NCBI GenBank assembly: GCA_963728915.1
Contig: CAVSLV010000001.1
Location: forward strand, 1,568,001 to 1,632,000
DNA length: 64,000 nt
Reading direction: 5' to 3'
Origin: an uncultured Gemmatimonadales bacterium
Lineage (GTDB): Bacteria > Gemmatimonadota > Gemmatimonadetes > Gemmatimonadales > GWC2-71-9
Shown piece after piece: positions 8,647-18,078 of the stretch. Each line of letters begins with the position of its first letter. Within the stretch, counting starts at the first letter, position 1. The position numbers were made by a program, and so were the translations under genes. Below the pieces are notes generated by a model, which did not search any database, had not been told where the DNA came from, and saw nothing but the letters and a program-made list of their open reading frames with translations.

Positions 8647-11600
8647 ATGCCGTTCGTTCATCTCCATACTCACAGCGAATACTCCCTCCTGGATGGCGCC
8701 ATCCGGATCGACGATCTGGTGACGCACGTGCAACGCCTTGGGATGGACAGCCTGGCCGTAACCGATCATGGGAACCTCCACGCCGCCTGGTCATTCTACG
8801 CCGCGTCGAAGGCTGCCGGGCTACGACCGATTCTCGGATTCGAGGCGTATCTCGCCTATGGAGATCGACACTCTCCCCAGAAACCTCCCGATGCCCCGAA
8901 GGAGTACAGCCATCTGGTGCTGCTGGCCCGCAATCGGGAGGGCTACCGCAATCTGATCCGACTCTCCTCCATCGGATATGTCGAAGGATTCTACCGCCGT
9001 CCCCGGATCGACAAGGAAGTCCTGGCGAAATACTCCGGGGGAATCGTCTGTCTGGCGGCATGCCTCTCCGGGGAGGTGGCCCAGTGGCTCCGGATGGGAC
9101 GGTACGAGGATGCCCGTGCTTCGGCACAGTGGTTCGCCACCCGGTTCGGGCCGGATGGTTTCTGGCTGGAGATCCAGGAACACGGAATCGCCGATGAGCG
9201 GCAGGTCACCGAAGGCATGCTTCGGCTGGGTCAGGAGCTCGGGCTCCCCGTCGTCGCCACCAACGATGCCCACTACCTGCGCCGGGAGGACGCCGAGGCC
9301 CACGACGTGCTGCTGGCCATCGGAACCGGATCGGACCTGGACGATCCGAAGCGGTTCCGCTTCACCGGGCAGGAATCCTATGTGAAGAGCGAGAAGGAGA
9401 TGCGGGCGCTCTTCCCCGATCACCCGGAAGCGATCGACAACACCGCCCAGGTTGCGGCCCTCTGCGAATTCGATTTCGAGAAGCGATACCACGTGCCCAG
9501 CTTCCCCAAGCCGGCCGGGTACGACGACGAGAACGTGCTGCTTCGCGATCTGGCCGAACGCGGGGCGCGGGCACGCTACGGCGATCCCCTGCCCCCCGAG
9601 GCGGGGGCCCGGCTCGAGTACGAGCTGTCGGTGATCACGGGAGCGGGTTATGCAGGGTACTTCCTGATCGTCGAGGACTTCATCCGGGCGGCCAGGGACC
9701 GCGGGATTCCGGTCGGACCGGGCCGTGGTTCGGTGGCGGGGTCGCTGGTCGCCTTCGCGCTCCGGATCACCGACGTGGACCCCCTCAAGTTCGGTCTCCT
9801 GTTCGAGCGTTTCCTCAACCCCGAACGGGTGTCGATGCCGGACATCGATGTGGACTTCTGCTTCGAGCGCCGGGGCGAAGTGATCGAGTATGTCCGGGAG
9901 CGCTATGGCCGGAGCAGCGTCGGCCAGATCATCACCTTCGGCACCATGAAAGCCCGGGCCGCCGTGAAGGACGTGGCACGGGTACTCAAGATCACCCCGG
10001 GAGAAGCCGACCGGATCACCAAGCTGATCCCGTCCGGTCCGGCCTTCAGTCTCACCATTCCGGAAGCGGTCAAGAAAGTGGATGAGCTCAGGGAGCTGGT
10101 GGCGGGTTCCGCCCTCTACGGCCGGATGGTCAACCTGAGCTCCCGGATTGAGGGCATTTCCCGGCACGCCTCGGTGCACGCGGCCGGGGTGGTGATCGCG
10201 CCGGGGCCACTGGACGAGTACGTCCCGGTCTGCACCGCGCCGACCAAGGGCGCCGGGCAATCGGCCGACGGCGAGAACCCGATCATCACCCAGTACGAAA
10301 TGGGCGCGCTGGAATCGGTCGGCATGCTGAAGATGGACCTGCTCGGCCTCAAGACCCTCACGGTGCTCCACGACGCGGTGGAGATGATTGTGGCCCGCGG
10401 GGGTCCTCGGCTCGAGCTTGCCGCGATTCCCTTCGACGATCCCGAGGTGTACCGGTTGATCCGGGAAGGACACACCGCCGGCGTTTTCCAGTTCGAGTCG
10501 GCCCTGGCCACCGACACGCTCCGGGCGATGAAGTGCGACCGGTTCGACGATCTGGTCGCTTCCAATGCCCTGCTCCGCCCCGGTCCGCTCGACGCCGGCA
10601 TGCATACGGTGTTCATCCGGCGGCGGCTGGGACAGGAAGAGGTGAGCTATCCCCATCCGCTGCTCCGGGAAATTCTGGAGCCGACCTTCGGGGTGATCAC
10701 CTATCAGGAGCAGGTGATGCGAATCGCGAACGTCTTCGCGGGATTCACGCTGGCGGAGGCCGACGTGCTCCGGAAGGCGATGGGCAAGAAGGACGATGAG
10801 CTGATCCGGAAGGAGCTCGGCAAGTTCATCGAGCGCGCGGTGGCCCAGGGACATCCGCGCAAACTGGCCGGCGAGCTGGCGGCCCAGATCGAGACCTTCG
10901 GACGGTACGGGTTCAACAAGTCCCACTCGGTCGCCTATTCCATCCTCGGGTACCAGACCGCGTGGCTCAAGGTCCATTACCCCGCCGAATTCATGGCGGC
11001 GCTGCTTTCCTCCGAAATCGGCAACACCGACAAGGTGGTCTACTACATCAACGAGGCGCGCGAGCTGGGGCTCCAGGTGCTTCCACCCGACGTGAACGAA
11101 TCCGGATTCAAGTTCACCGTCCTGGAAGGGAACCGGATTCGGTTCGGGCTCGGGGCGGTTCGCAATGTCGGGAAGGGCGCAATCGATTCGATTATCGCCG
11201 CGCGACAGGAACAACGATTCGAACATCTGGGCGACCTCGCCGCCCGGGTCGATCTCCGTCTTTGCAACAAGCGCGTACTCGAATCGCTCATCGCGGCCGG
11301 GGCCTGCGATACGCTGGGGGGGCACCGCAACCAGCTCCTCGCGGTGGTCGAGCCGGTGCTCGGGGACGCCCAGCTCCGGCAACAGGAGCGCGACGCAGGA
11401 CAGGAATCCCTGTTCGGCGAGCCTCCCGAAGCGCGGGTCCGGCCCCCGGTGCTGCCGGAGCTCCCACCCTGGCCGGAAGCGGAGCGGCTGGCCCGGGAAA
11501 AGGAGGTGCTCGGGTTCTTCATTTCGGGTCACCCCCTGGAGCCGTTCCGGCCCGAAGTGGAGCTCTTCGGCAGCCGCACCACCGCCACCCTGGGGGAGTG

Positions 11601-12126
11601 GTCCGAGCAAGTCGTGCGGGTCGCGGGGGTGATCACCGCGGTGCGCCGGCAGCTCGCCAAGAAAAGCGGCAAGGAGTACGCGCGGATCGTCCTCGAGGAC
11701 TTTCACGGCAGTTCGGAAATGCTGGTCTTTCCGGACGCGTGGGCTCGGCTCAACCAGGTCCTGCGGGAGGATGCGGCGGTCCTCATCACCGGCGGCTACA
11801 GCACCCGGGATCGGGACGAGGAGCGCGCGACCCTGGTGGTCGAATCGGCCCGGGCTCTGGTCGAGCTCCGCGATGCGGGCGCGATCGGGTTGGCCTTCCG
11901 CTGGCGGGCGCCGGCGCCACCCGAACCCGAGGTGCTGCGCCGGGCGGCGGCGCTTTGCGCCAGCCATCCGGGTCCCGCCCCGGTCTATATTGAGTGGTCG
12001 GACGGCAACGGCGAGGCGGTCCGGCTTCGCGCGAAACGTCTCCGCATCGAGCCACGCGACGAGGTGGTGCACGCCCTGAAGGCCCTGCTCGGCGCCGACG
12101 CGGTCCACTACGTCAAGGCGGGCTAG
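8647..12126 (+). CDS. dnaE: DNA polymerase III alpha subunit
   Basis: PHP motif FVHLHTHSEYSLLDG, GRGS, FERFLNPERVSMPDIDVDF, KMDLLGL, YGFNKSHS, OB-fold C-terminus. Confidence 0.98.
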   Translation: MPFVHLHTHSEYSLLDGAIRIDDLVTHVQRLGMDSLAVTDHGNLHAAWSFYAASKAAGLRPILGFEAYLAYGDRHSPQKPPDAPKEYSHLVLLARNREGYRNLIRLSSIGYVEGFYRRPRIDKEVLAKYSGGIVCLAACLSGEVAQWLRMGRYEDARASAQWFATRFGPDGFWLEIQEHGIADERQVTEGMLRLGQELGLPVVATNDAHYLRREDAEAHDVLLAIGTGSDLDDPKRFRFTGQESYVKSEKEMRALFPDHPEAIDNTAQVAALCEFDFEKRYHVPSFPKPAGYDDENVLLRDLAERGARARYGDPLPPEAGARLEYELSVITGAGYAGYFLIVEDFIRAARDRGIPVGPGRGSVAGSLVAFALRITDVDPLKFGLLFERFLNPERVSMPDIDVDFCFERRGEVIEYVRERYGRSSVGQIITFGTMKARAAVKDVARVLKITPGEADRITKLIPSGPAFSLTIPEAVKKVDELRELVAGSALYGRMVNLSSRIEGISRHASVHAAGVVIAPGPLDEYVPVCTAPTKGAGQSADGENPIITQYEMGALESVGMLKMDLLGLKTLTVLHDAVEMIVARGGPRLELAAIPFDDPEVYRLIREGHTAGVFQFESALATDTLRAMKCDRFDDLVASNALLRPGPLDAGMHTVFIRRRLGQEEVSYPHPLLREILEPTFGVITYQEQVMRIANVFAGFTLAEADVLRKAMGKKDDELIRKELGKFIERAVAQGHPRKLAGELAAQIETFGRYGFNKSHSVAYSILGYQTAWLKVHYPAEFMAALLSSEIGNTDKVVYYINEARELGLQVLPPDVNESGFKFTVLEGNRIRFGLGAVRNVGKGAIDSIIAARQEQRFEHLGDLAARVDLRLCNKRVLESLIAAGACDTLGGHRNQLLAVVEPVLGDAQLRQQERDAGQESLFGEPPEARVRPPVLPELPPWPEAERLAREKEVLGFFISGHPLEPFRPEVELFGSRTTATLGEWSEQVVRVAGVITAVRRQLAKKSGKEYARIVLEDFHGSSEMLVFPDAWARLNQVLREDAAVLITGGYSTRDRDEERATLVVESARALVELRDAGAIGLAFRWRAPAPPEPEVLRRAAALCASHPGPAPVYIEWSDGNGEAVRLRAKRLRIEPRDEVVHALKALLGADAVHYVKAG

Positions 12127-12128
12127 CG

Positions 12129-13091
12129 ATGCCCAATACCTATACCCTCGAATTCGAGAAGCCCCTGCTCGAGCTGGAGCGCCAGATCGAGGAGCTCAAA
12201 CGGGTGGGCGAGGAGCGCTCGATCGATGTCGCCGCCGAGCTCATGCTGCTCACGACCAAGCTGGACACGCTCCGCGAGGAGATCTATCGGCATCTCACTC
12301 CCATGCAGCGGGTCTCGGTCGCGCGGCACCCCCGGCGTCCGTACACGCTCGACTATCTCAGCACCATCTTCACCGACTTCGTCGAGCTGCACGGCGACCG
12401 GCTCTTCCGCGACGACCTCGCGATCGTGGGCGGGTGGGCCCGGCTGGGCGGCGTGCCGGTCATGGTGATCGGACATCAGAAGGGCCGCGATACCCGGGAG
12501 AACATCCGGCGCAATTTCGGGATGCCCCACCCCGAAGGGTACCGCAAGGCACTCCGGCTGATGAAGCTGGCCGCCCGCTTCAAGGCCCCGGTCATCACCC
12601 TGATCGATACACCGGGCGCCTATCCCGGGTTAGGCGCCGAAGAGCGGGGCCAGTCCGAGGCCCTGGCGACCAACATCCTCGAGATGGCCATGCTGCCGAC
12701 GTCGATCATCGCCGTGGTCATCGGCGAAGGCGGCTCAGGGGGGGCCCTGGCGCTCGGGGTCGCCGACCGGGTGCTCATGTTCGAACACTCGGTGTACTCG
12801 GTGATCTCGCCGGAAGGATGCGCCGCGATCCTCTGGAAGGACGCGACCCAGCGGGAGCGGGCCGCGGAAGCCCTCAAGCTCACCTCGTCCGACCTGCTCC
12901 ATTTCAAGGTGATCGATGAGATCATCCCCGAGCCGCTGGGCGGCGCCCACCAGAATCCCGATGAGGCAGGCGAGGCGCTCCGGGAGGCCCTGATCCGCCA
13001 CCTGGGCGAGCTGCGCAAGACCCGCCCCGACAAGCTGGTGCGGCGGCGGGAAGAGAAGTACGCCGGGATGGGCGTCTTCACCGAGGCCTGA
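12129..13091 (+). CDS. accA: Acetyl-CoA carboxylase carboxyltransferase alpha
   Basis: LEFEKP, ARHPRRP, RNFGMPHPEGYRKA, GEGGSGGAL, YSVISPEGCAAILWK. Confidence 0.97.
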   Translation: MPNTYTLEFEKPLLELERQIEELKRVGEERSIDVAAELMLLTTKLDTLREEIYRHLTPMQRVSVARHPRRPYTLDYLSTIFTDFVELHGDRLFRDDLAIVGGWARLGGVPVMVIGHQKGRDTRENIRRNFGMPHPEGYRKALRLMKLAARFKAPVITLIDTPGAYPGLGAEERGQSEALATNILEMAMLPTSIIAVVIGEGGSGGALALGVADRVLMFEHSVYSVISPEGCAAILWKDATQRERAAEALKLTSSDLLHFKVIDEIIPEPLGGAHQNPDEAGEALREALIRHLGELRKTRPDKLVRRREEKYAGMGVFTEA

Positions 13092-14176
13092 TGCCCGCCA
13101 CCGTCGAAGTCCGCTTCAAGGGCAATCGCAAGGAGTTCTACACCTGGCCGAATGAGGTGGAGCCCCTTCGCCTCTGGGACGCCGTCATCGTCCCGGTAGA
13201 GCGCGGACTGGATTTCGCCAAGGTGTCCTCGACCGGGGAAGCCGCCGAAAAGAAATGCAGCAGCTGCAGCGGCTGCGCGGTGGGCGAAGTCAAGACGCCC
13301 GAGCGCGCGGTGCTCCGACGGGCGAGCCCCGATGACATCCGGATCGCCAATGAGCTTCGGAAGAGCGAGGAAGAAACCCGCCGCACCGTCATGGAGCGGG
13401 CGCGGTCGCGGGGCCTCGACATGAAGATCAGCGACACCGAATGGCAATGGGACCGGAAGAAGCTCACGGTGTATTTCACCGCCGAGCAGCGGGTCGACTT
13501 CCGCGATCTGGTGCGCGATCTGGCGTCGTCCCTGCATACCCGGATCGAGCTTCGCCAGATCGGCGCCCGCGATGAATCGGCCCGCCTGGGCGGGGTCGGA
13601 CGATGCGGCAAGGAGTATTGCTGCTCGAGCTGGCTCACGACGCTGGGACCGGTGAGTCTGGCGCTTGCCAAGGATCAGCACCTGTCGCTCAATCCGTCGC
13701 AGATCTCCGGCGGATGCGGGCGCCTGCTCTGTTGCCTCAAGTACGAGCACGAGTTCTACGTCGCCGCGCGAAAGCGGTTTCCCAAGGAAGGGCGCACCAT
13801 CCAGACCTCGCGGGGCCCCGAAAAGGTGGTGGCCCTGGACATCTTCCGGGAGCGGGTCTTCCTGCGGAGCGAGGAGCAGGGGGCGAGATTCCTGACCCTG
13901 GTGGAGCTGCAGCAGGAGCTGATTACCGAGCCGGAGCCGATCCGGGAGCCCCGGACGACCGAACGACGGGAACCCAAACCCAGAACCGCCCCCCCCTCCC
14001 CCGCAGCGGAGCCGCCGGCTCAAGCGCTGCCGCCGGAGGCTTCGGCCGAATCCGGGGACCCCGGGGAGTCCCCCACTTCCGCCCGCCGGCGGCGACGCCG
14101 CCGCCGCCGCCGAGGCCGCGGCAATGGCGGGGGCCCGACGGGGGCGCCTAACCCGGACTCCCCGCCGGCCTCCTAG
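13091..14176 (+). CDS. ricT: PSP1-domain protein (RicT/YaaT family)
   Basis: FTAEQRVDFRDLV, RIELRQIGARDE, CGKEYCC, ISGGCGRLLCCLKYE; Pro/Arg-rich tail. Confidence 0.88.
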   Translation: MPATVEVRFKGNRKEFYTWPNEVEPLRLWDAVIVPVERGLDFAKVSSTGEAAEKKCSSCSGCAVGEVKTPERAVLRRASPDDIRIANELRKSEEETRRTVMERARSRGLDMKISDTEWQWDRKKLTVYFTAEQRVDFRDLVRDLASSLHTRIELRQIGARDESARLGGVGRCGKEYCCSSWLTTLGPVSLALAKDQHLSLNPSQISGGCGRLLCCLKYEHEFYVAARKRFPKEGRTIQTSRGPEKVVALDIFRERVFLRSEEQGARFLTLVELQQELITEPEPIREPRTTERREPKPRTAPPSPAAEPPAQALPPEASAESGDPGESPTSARRRRRRRRRRGRGNGGGPTGAPNPDSPPAS

Positions 14177-15696
14177 TGGCGAAGTTCTACCTCACCACCG
14201 CGATCGACTACGCCAACGGCGATCCCCATCTCGGGCATACCCTCGAGAAGGTCGGAGCCGATTGCGTGGCGCGCTACCACCGGCTCAAGGGCGAGCAGGT
14301 CCATTTCGTCATGGGCATGGATGAGCACGGCCAGAAGGTCGCGATGGCCGCCGAGCGCGCGGGGGCTTCGCCGCAGGAATGGGTCGACCGGATCAGCCAG
14401 CGATTCGAGTCCACCTGGCGCCGGCTCCATTGCTCCCATGACGACTGGATTCGGACTACCGAGCCGCGCCATCACGCCGCGGTCACCGAGTTCCTGCGCC
14501 GGATTCAGGAGCATCACCCCGACGATCTGTTCCTGGGCGAGTACGAAGGGCTCTACTGTGTGGGCTGCGAAGAGTTCAAGCAGGAAGCCCAGCTCCAGGA
14601 CGGCCGCTGCATCGAGCATCCTGATCTGATTCCGATCCGGATGAAGGAGCGGAACCACTTCTTCCGGCTCTCCCACTACGGGCCGCGGATCCTCGAGCTG
14701 ATCCAGCGCGGTACCTTCCAGGTCGAGCCCGCGATCCGGCGGAATGAAGTGGTCAGCGTGCTGGAGAGCGGCCTCGAAGATGTCTCGATCTCACGGTCCC
14801 GCTTCCCCTGGGGGATCCCCTTCCCCGGCGATCCCGAGCACACCGTCTACGTCTGGTTCGACGCGCTGATCAACTACATCACGGCCGCCGGTTTTCCCGG
14901 GCCGGGGTGGGACCGGCTCTGGCCCGCCGACCTGCACATCGTCGGGAAGGGGATCACCCGGCTGCACTGCTGTCTCTGGCCGGCCATGCTGCTCGCCGCC
15001 GAGTTGCCGCTCCCCCGGCTGGTCTGGGCCCACGGCTACGTGCAGTGGGAAGGCGCCAAGGTTTCCAAGTCCAGCGGGGTCGCGGTGAGCGTGGAGTCGG
15101 CCACGGAACGCCACGGTCCCGATCCGCTTCGCTGGTTCCTGCTTCGGGAAGTCGGGTTCATCGGGGATGGGAACTTCAGCTGGGAGCGGTTCGACGAGCG
15201 TTACCATGCCGACCTGGCCGACGGGCTCGGCAATCTGGCCTCCCGGTCCCTCGCCATGCTCGAGAAGTATCGCGGCGGCCGGGTGCCGGCCGGCGAGGGT
15301 GGACCGACTCCGCTGGACCAGGCCGGGCTCGAAACGGCGGCCCGGTTCGCGGCGGCGATGGATCGCTATGACCTTCGCAGCGGGGCGGAGACGATCTCCA
15401 TGCTGGTGACGCAGGCCAACCAGTATATCGTCCAGACCACCCCGTGGGCCCTCGCCAGGGAACGGCGCGACGCCGAGCTCGACCGCGTGTTAGGATCGCT
15501 GGCCCGCTGCCTCTTCCGGCTCGCGGTCCTCCTCGCCCCCTTCATGCCCGAGAAAGCCGAGGTGCTGTGGACCGCGCTGGGGCGAAGCGAGCCGCTCCGC
15601 ACCATCGGGTGGTCGACCCTCCTCGAGCCCGAGCAGGAAGGGAACCTGGTCACCCGGCCCCCGGTGCTGTTCCCGAAGCCGGAACCTGCGGTCTGA
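14176..15696 (+). CDS. metG: Methionine--tRNA ligase (short form without C-terminal tRNA-binding domain)
   Basis: YANGDPHLGH, GMDEHGQK, CVGC...CIEH knuckle, YVWFDAL, KVSKS. Confidence 0.95.
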   Translation: MAKFYLTTAIDYANGDPHLGHTLEKVGADCVARYHRLKGEQVHFVMGMDEHGQKVAMAAERAGASPQEWVDRISQRFESTWRRLHCSHDDWIRTTEPRHHAAVTEFLRRIQEHHPDDLFLGEYEGLYCVGCEEFKQEAQLQDGRCIEHPDLIPIRMKERNHFFRLSHYGPRILELIQRGTFQVEPAIRRNEVVSVLESGLEDVSISRSRFPWGIPFPGDPEHTVYVWFDALINYITAAGFPGPGWDRLWPADLHIVGKGITRLHCCLWPAMLLAAELPLPRLVWAHGYVQWEGAKVSKSSGVAVSVESATERHGPDPLRWFLLREVGFIGDGNFSWERFDERYHADLADGLGNLASRSLAMLEKYRGGRVPAGEGGPTPLDQAGLETAARFAAAMDRYDLRSGAETISMLVTQANQYIVQTTPWALARERRDAELDRVLGSLARCLFRLAVLLAPFMPEKAEVLWTALGRSEPLRTIGWSTLLEPEQEGNLVTRPPVLFPKPEPAV

Positions 15697-15746
15697 ACTG
15701 TCCTAACCTGCGACATGACACAAAGTTAGGCGCGCAATTCCTTGTC

Positions 15747-15775
15747 TTGACAGCGAGGCCGCCCTGGAGCATTAT
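15747..15775 (+). promoter_or_regulatory. Candidate sigma70 promoter for the M23 peptidase
   Basis: TTGACA(15747)-17-CATTAT(15770). Confidence 0.5.
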
Positions 15776-15873
15776 TGGCTGGCTCTGTGACCTGACACGC
15801 AGAGCCGGACCGCCGCCGGAGGCTCTTCCCGTCACCGGCACTACTTGTTGACTCGAGCCTCGCGGGTGCGGAG

Positions 15874-16794
15874 ATGTCCAAACGACGCTGGACCATCGTC
15901 GTCGTACCGCAGGGTTCGAGCGCTACCAAGATCATTGAGCTCTCCCAGACCGCTCTGAAGCTGGCCGCCACCCTCGGCGTGACCCTCGTCGCGGGGATGC
16001 TGCTGCTCGGGTTCGGGCTGTTCCGGCGCTCGGTGGACATCGCGCGCGCCGATCGCCTCGAGACGGAAAACACCACCCTGGCGGGCGACCTGGATCATCT
16101 CCGCGGCCGGGCGACCGTCCTCTCCGATACCGTCCGCTTCCTCGAGCGGAGAGACGCGCAAATCCGCCTGCTGGCGAATCTCGACCCGATTCCCCCGGAG
16201 GTGCGCGCGGTGGGCATCGGCGGTCCCATGCCGAGGGGCAGCCTGGAAGAGAGTGAAAGCGGGTTAGTCGAGCGGGCCGGAGAAGTCCGGGTCGACCTCG
16301 ATGCGTTGATCCGGCGGGCCAACCTGCTGGCCAGCTCGTTCCGGGAAGCCGCCGACAGCATGGCGCTGCACGCGGATCGCCTTGCCGCGACCCCGTCGAT
16401 CATGCCGACCGCGGGATGGCTCAGCAGCGCCTTCTCCCGGATGCGCTCGCACCCCATTCTCCACTACGCCCGCGCGCACGAAGGGATCGACGTCAGCGCC
16501 CCGATGGGGGCCCCGATCGAGGCGCCGGCCAACGGGACCGTGGTGCAGACCGGCTGGGAAGCGGGGTACGGGAATACCGTGGTCATCGATCACGGATTCG
16601 GCATCGTCACCAAATTCGCCCACTGCTCGAGGATCCTGGTCCAGAAGGGTCAGAAGGTGACCCGGGGGGACCGCATCGCATTGGTGGGCAATACCGGCCT
16701 CTCCACCGGGCCGCATCTCCATTACGAAGTGCACGTCAATGGCAAGGCGGTGGACCCCCGTCGCTACATCCTGCCGGAAGTGATCACCGACTGA
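15874..16794 (+). CDS. M23-family peptidoglycan endopeptidase with TM anchor and coiled coil
   Basis: HEGID, GYGNTVVIDHG, GNTGLSTGPHLHYEV. Confidence 0.93.
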   Translation: MSKRRWTIVVVPQGSSATKIIELSQTALKLAATLGVTLVAGMLLLGFGLFRRSVDIARADRLETENTTLAGDLDHLRGRATVLSDTVRFLERRDAQIRLLANLDPIPPEVRAVGIGGPMPRGSLEESESGLVERAGEVRVDLDALIRRANLLASSFREAADSMALHADRLAATPSIMPTAGWLSSAFSRMRSHPILHYARAHEGIDVSAPMGAPIEAPANGTVVQTGWEAGYGNTVVIDHGFGIVTKFAHCSRILVQKGQKVTRGDRIALVGNTGLSTGPHLHYEVHVNGKAVDPRRYILPEVITD

Positions 16795-16795
16795 C

Positions 16796-17359
16796 CTAGA
16801 ATTTCACTTTCGGAGCTTCCGCCGCTTCGGGCCCCGTCAATTCGAAGTACTCCCTCGGTTTCCCCCGCCCGACCACTTTCGCGGTCAGATTGTAGGGGAA
16901 GCGCCGGATGTAGGCGTTGAAGTCCTCCACCGCGCGATTGTAATCCTGCCGCGCCACCGAGATCCGGTTCTCGGTGCCTTCCAGCTGGTCCTGCAGCTGG
17001 AGAAAATTCTGATTCGACTTGAGCTCCGGGTAGTTCTCCACCAGCGCCAGCAGGCGGCCGAGCGGCTGGTTCAGCGCCTGGTTCGCCGTGGCCATCTGCT
17101 GGAGGTCTCCCGACTGAACCGCGCCGGCGAGCTGGCCACGCGCCTCCGCGACCCGGATGAAGACGGTGGTCTCCTGGCGGGCGAATCCCTTGACGGTCTC
17201 GACCAGGTTGGGAATCAGATCAGACCGCCGCTGGAGCTGGGTCTTGATCTGGGACTCCGCGGCATTCACCGCTTCATCCTTGGTCTGGATGGTGTTGTAG
17301 CCGCAGCCGGCCCCCAGCAACAGAGCCACCGCCAGCACCGATCGCCATTGCGAAGCCAT
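16796..17359 (-). CDS. lemA: LemA-family protein
   Basis: GCGYN, LQRRSDLIPNLV, ENYPELKSNQNF, LEGTENRISVAR, IRRFP. Confidence 0.95.
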   Translation of the reverse strand: MASQWRSVLAVALLLGAGCGYNTIQTKDEAVNAAESQIKTQLQRRSDLIPNLVETVKGFARQETTVFIRVAEARGQLAGAVQSGDLQQMATANQALNQPLGRLLALVENYPELKSNQNFLQLQDQLEGTENRISVARQDYNRAVEDFNAYIRRFPYNLTAKVVGRGKPREYFELTGPEAAEAPKVKF

Positions 17360-18078
17360 CAGCGTGTTCCTCCGGTGAATTGATCGACGAATCGAATCGC
17401 GGCGGCCATCGCCGCGAGGTAGTGCTCAAACCGATCGGCGGGACAGTCCGACGTTCCTCGGCGCCGTGCTTCCCAGAACGCCGTGACCACGGTGAGGTCG
17501 GCGCCGATGACGGGACCAACCGCCCGGAGCATGGCCGGGGTTTCCCGGGGCGCCGGGATGCCCGCCAGCAGCCCGACAACCCGGAGCAGGGCGGCGATCG
17601 AGCTCACGCTCATCGCCACGACTGTTCCCAGCGCCCCGGCGTCGGCGGCGTGCAGGGCATACGCCTGACGCAGCCTGAGCAGCTTGCCCCGAAACTCCTG
17701 TTCCAGCGCGCGTCGGAGGTCGTCCGGCTCGACCTGGAGTCCGGCGAGCGGGTCGGCGCCTCGCAGGACCTCGTGGGCGGCCTGCATGTCCACGATTTCG
17801 ATCGGGAATACATCGCTGGCACGCTGCCACTCCCCCCGCTCGAGCAGCAGCGGTGGAGGGTGGCCGAGCTTTCCCAGCTGGGAGAGCGACGCCCCGGCGC
17901 TCCGGAGACGCGCCGGGTCGAGCCGGTCGGTGACCAGAAGCAGGTTGAGATCCGAGCTTCCCTCACGGAACTCGTCCCGCGCGGCGGATCCGTACGCCAC
18001 CAGCGAGTAGGAATCACCGAAGGCCTGATCGAGGCTCGCCAGCACCGGACCAAGAAGTGTTCGGGTTGTATCCTGCAT
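17359..18078 (-). CDS. Nucleotidyltransferase-fold protein (Pol-beta superfamily-like)
   Basis: YGSAAR...SSDLNLLLV, DVFPIE, helical C-terminal half; coupled to both neighbours. Confidence 0.75.
   Translation of the reverse strand: MQDTTRTLLGPVLASLDQAFGDSYSLVAYGSAARDEFREGSSDLNLLLVTDRLDPARLRSAGASLSQLGKLGHPPPLLLERGEWQRASDVFPIEIVDMQAAHEVLRGADPLAGLQVEPDDLRRALEQEFRGKLLRLRQAYALHAADAGALGTVVAMSVSSIAALLRVVGLLAGIPAPRETPAMLRAVGPVIGADLTVVTAFWEARRRGTSDCPADRFEHYLAAMAAAIRFVDQFTGGTR

Noticed and set aside
8821..12108. 1095-aa antisense ORF opposite dnaE (similarly 669-3014, 39597-41543, 59992-61971 and many others)
   Set aside because: Shadow ORFs expected in high-GC coding DNA; no recognisable motifs, and they overlap well-supported genes.
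8647..12126. Intein in dnaE
   Set aside because: Length (about 1159 aa) and continuous motifs leave no room for one; no intein terminal motifs seen.
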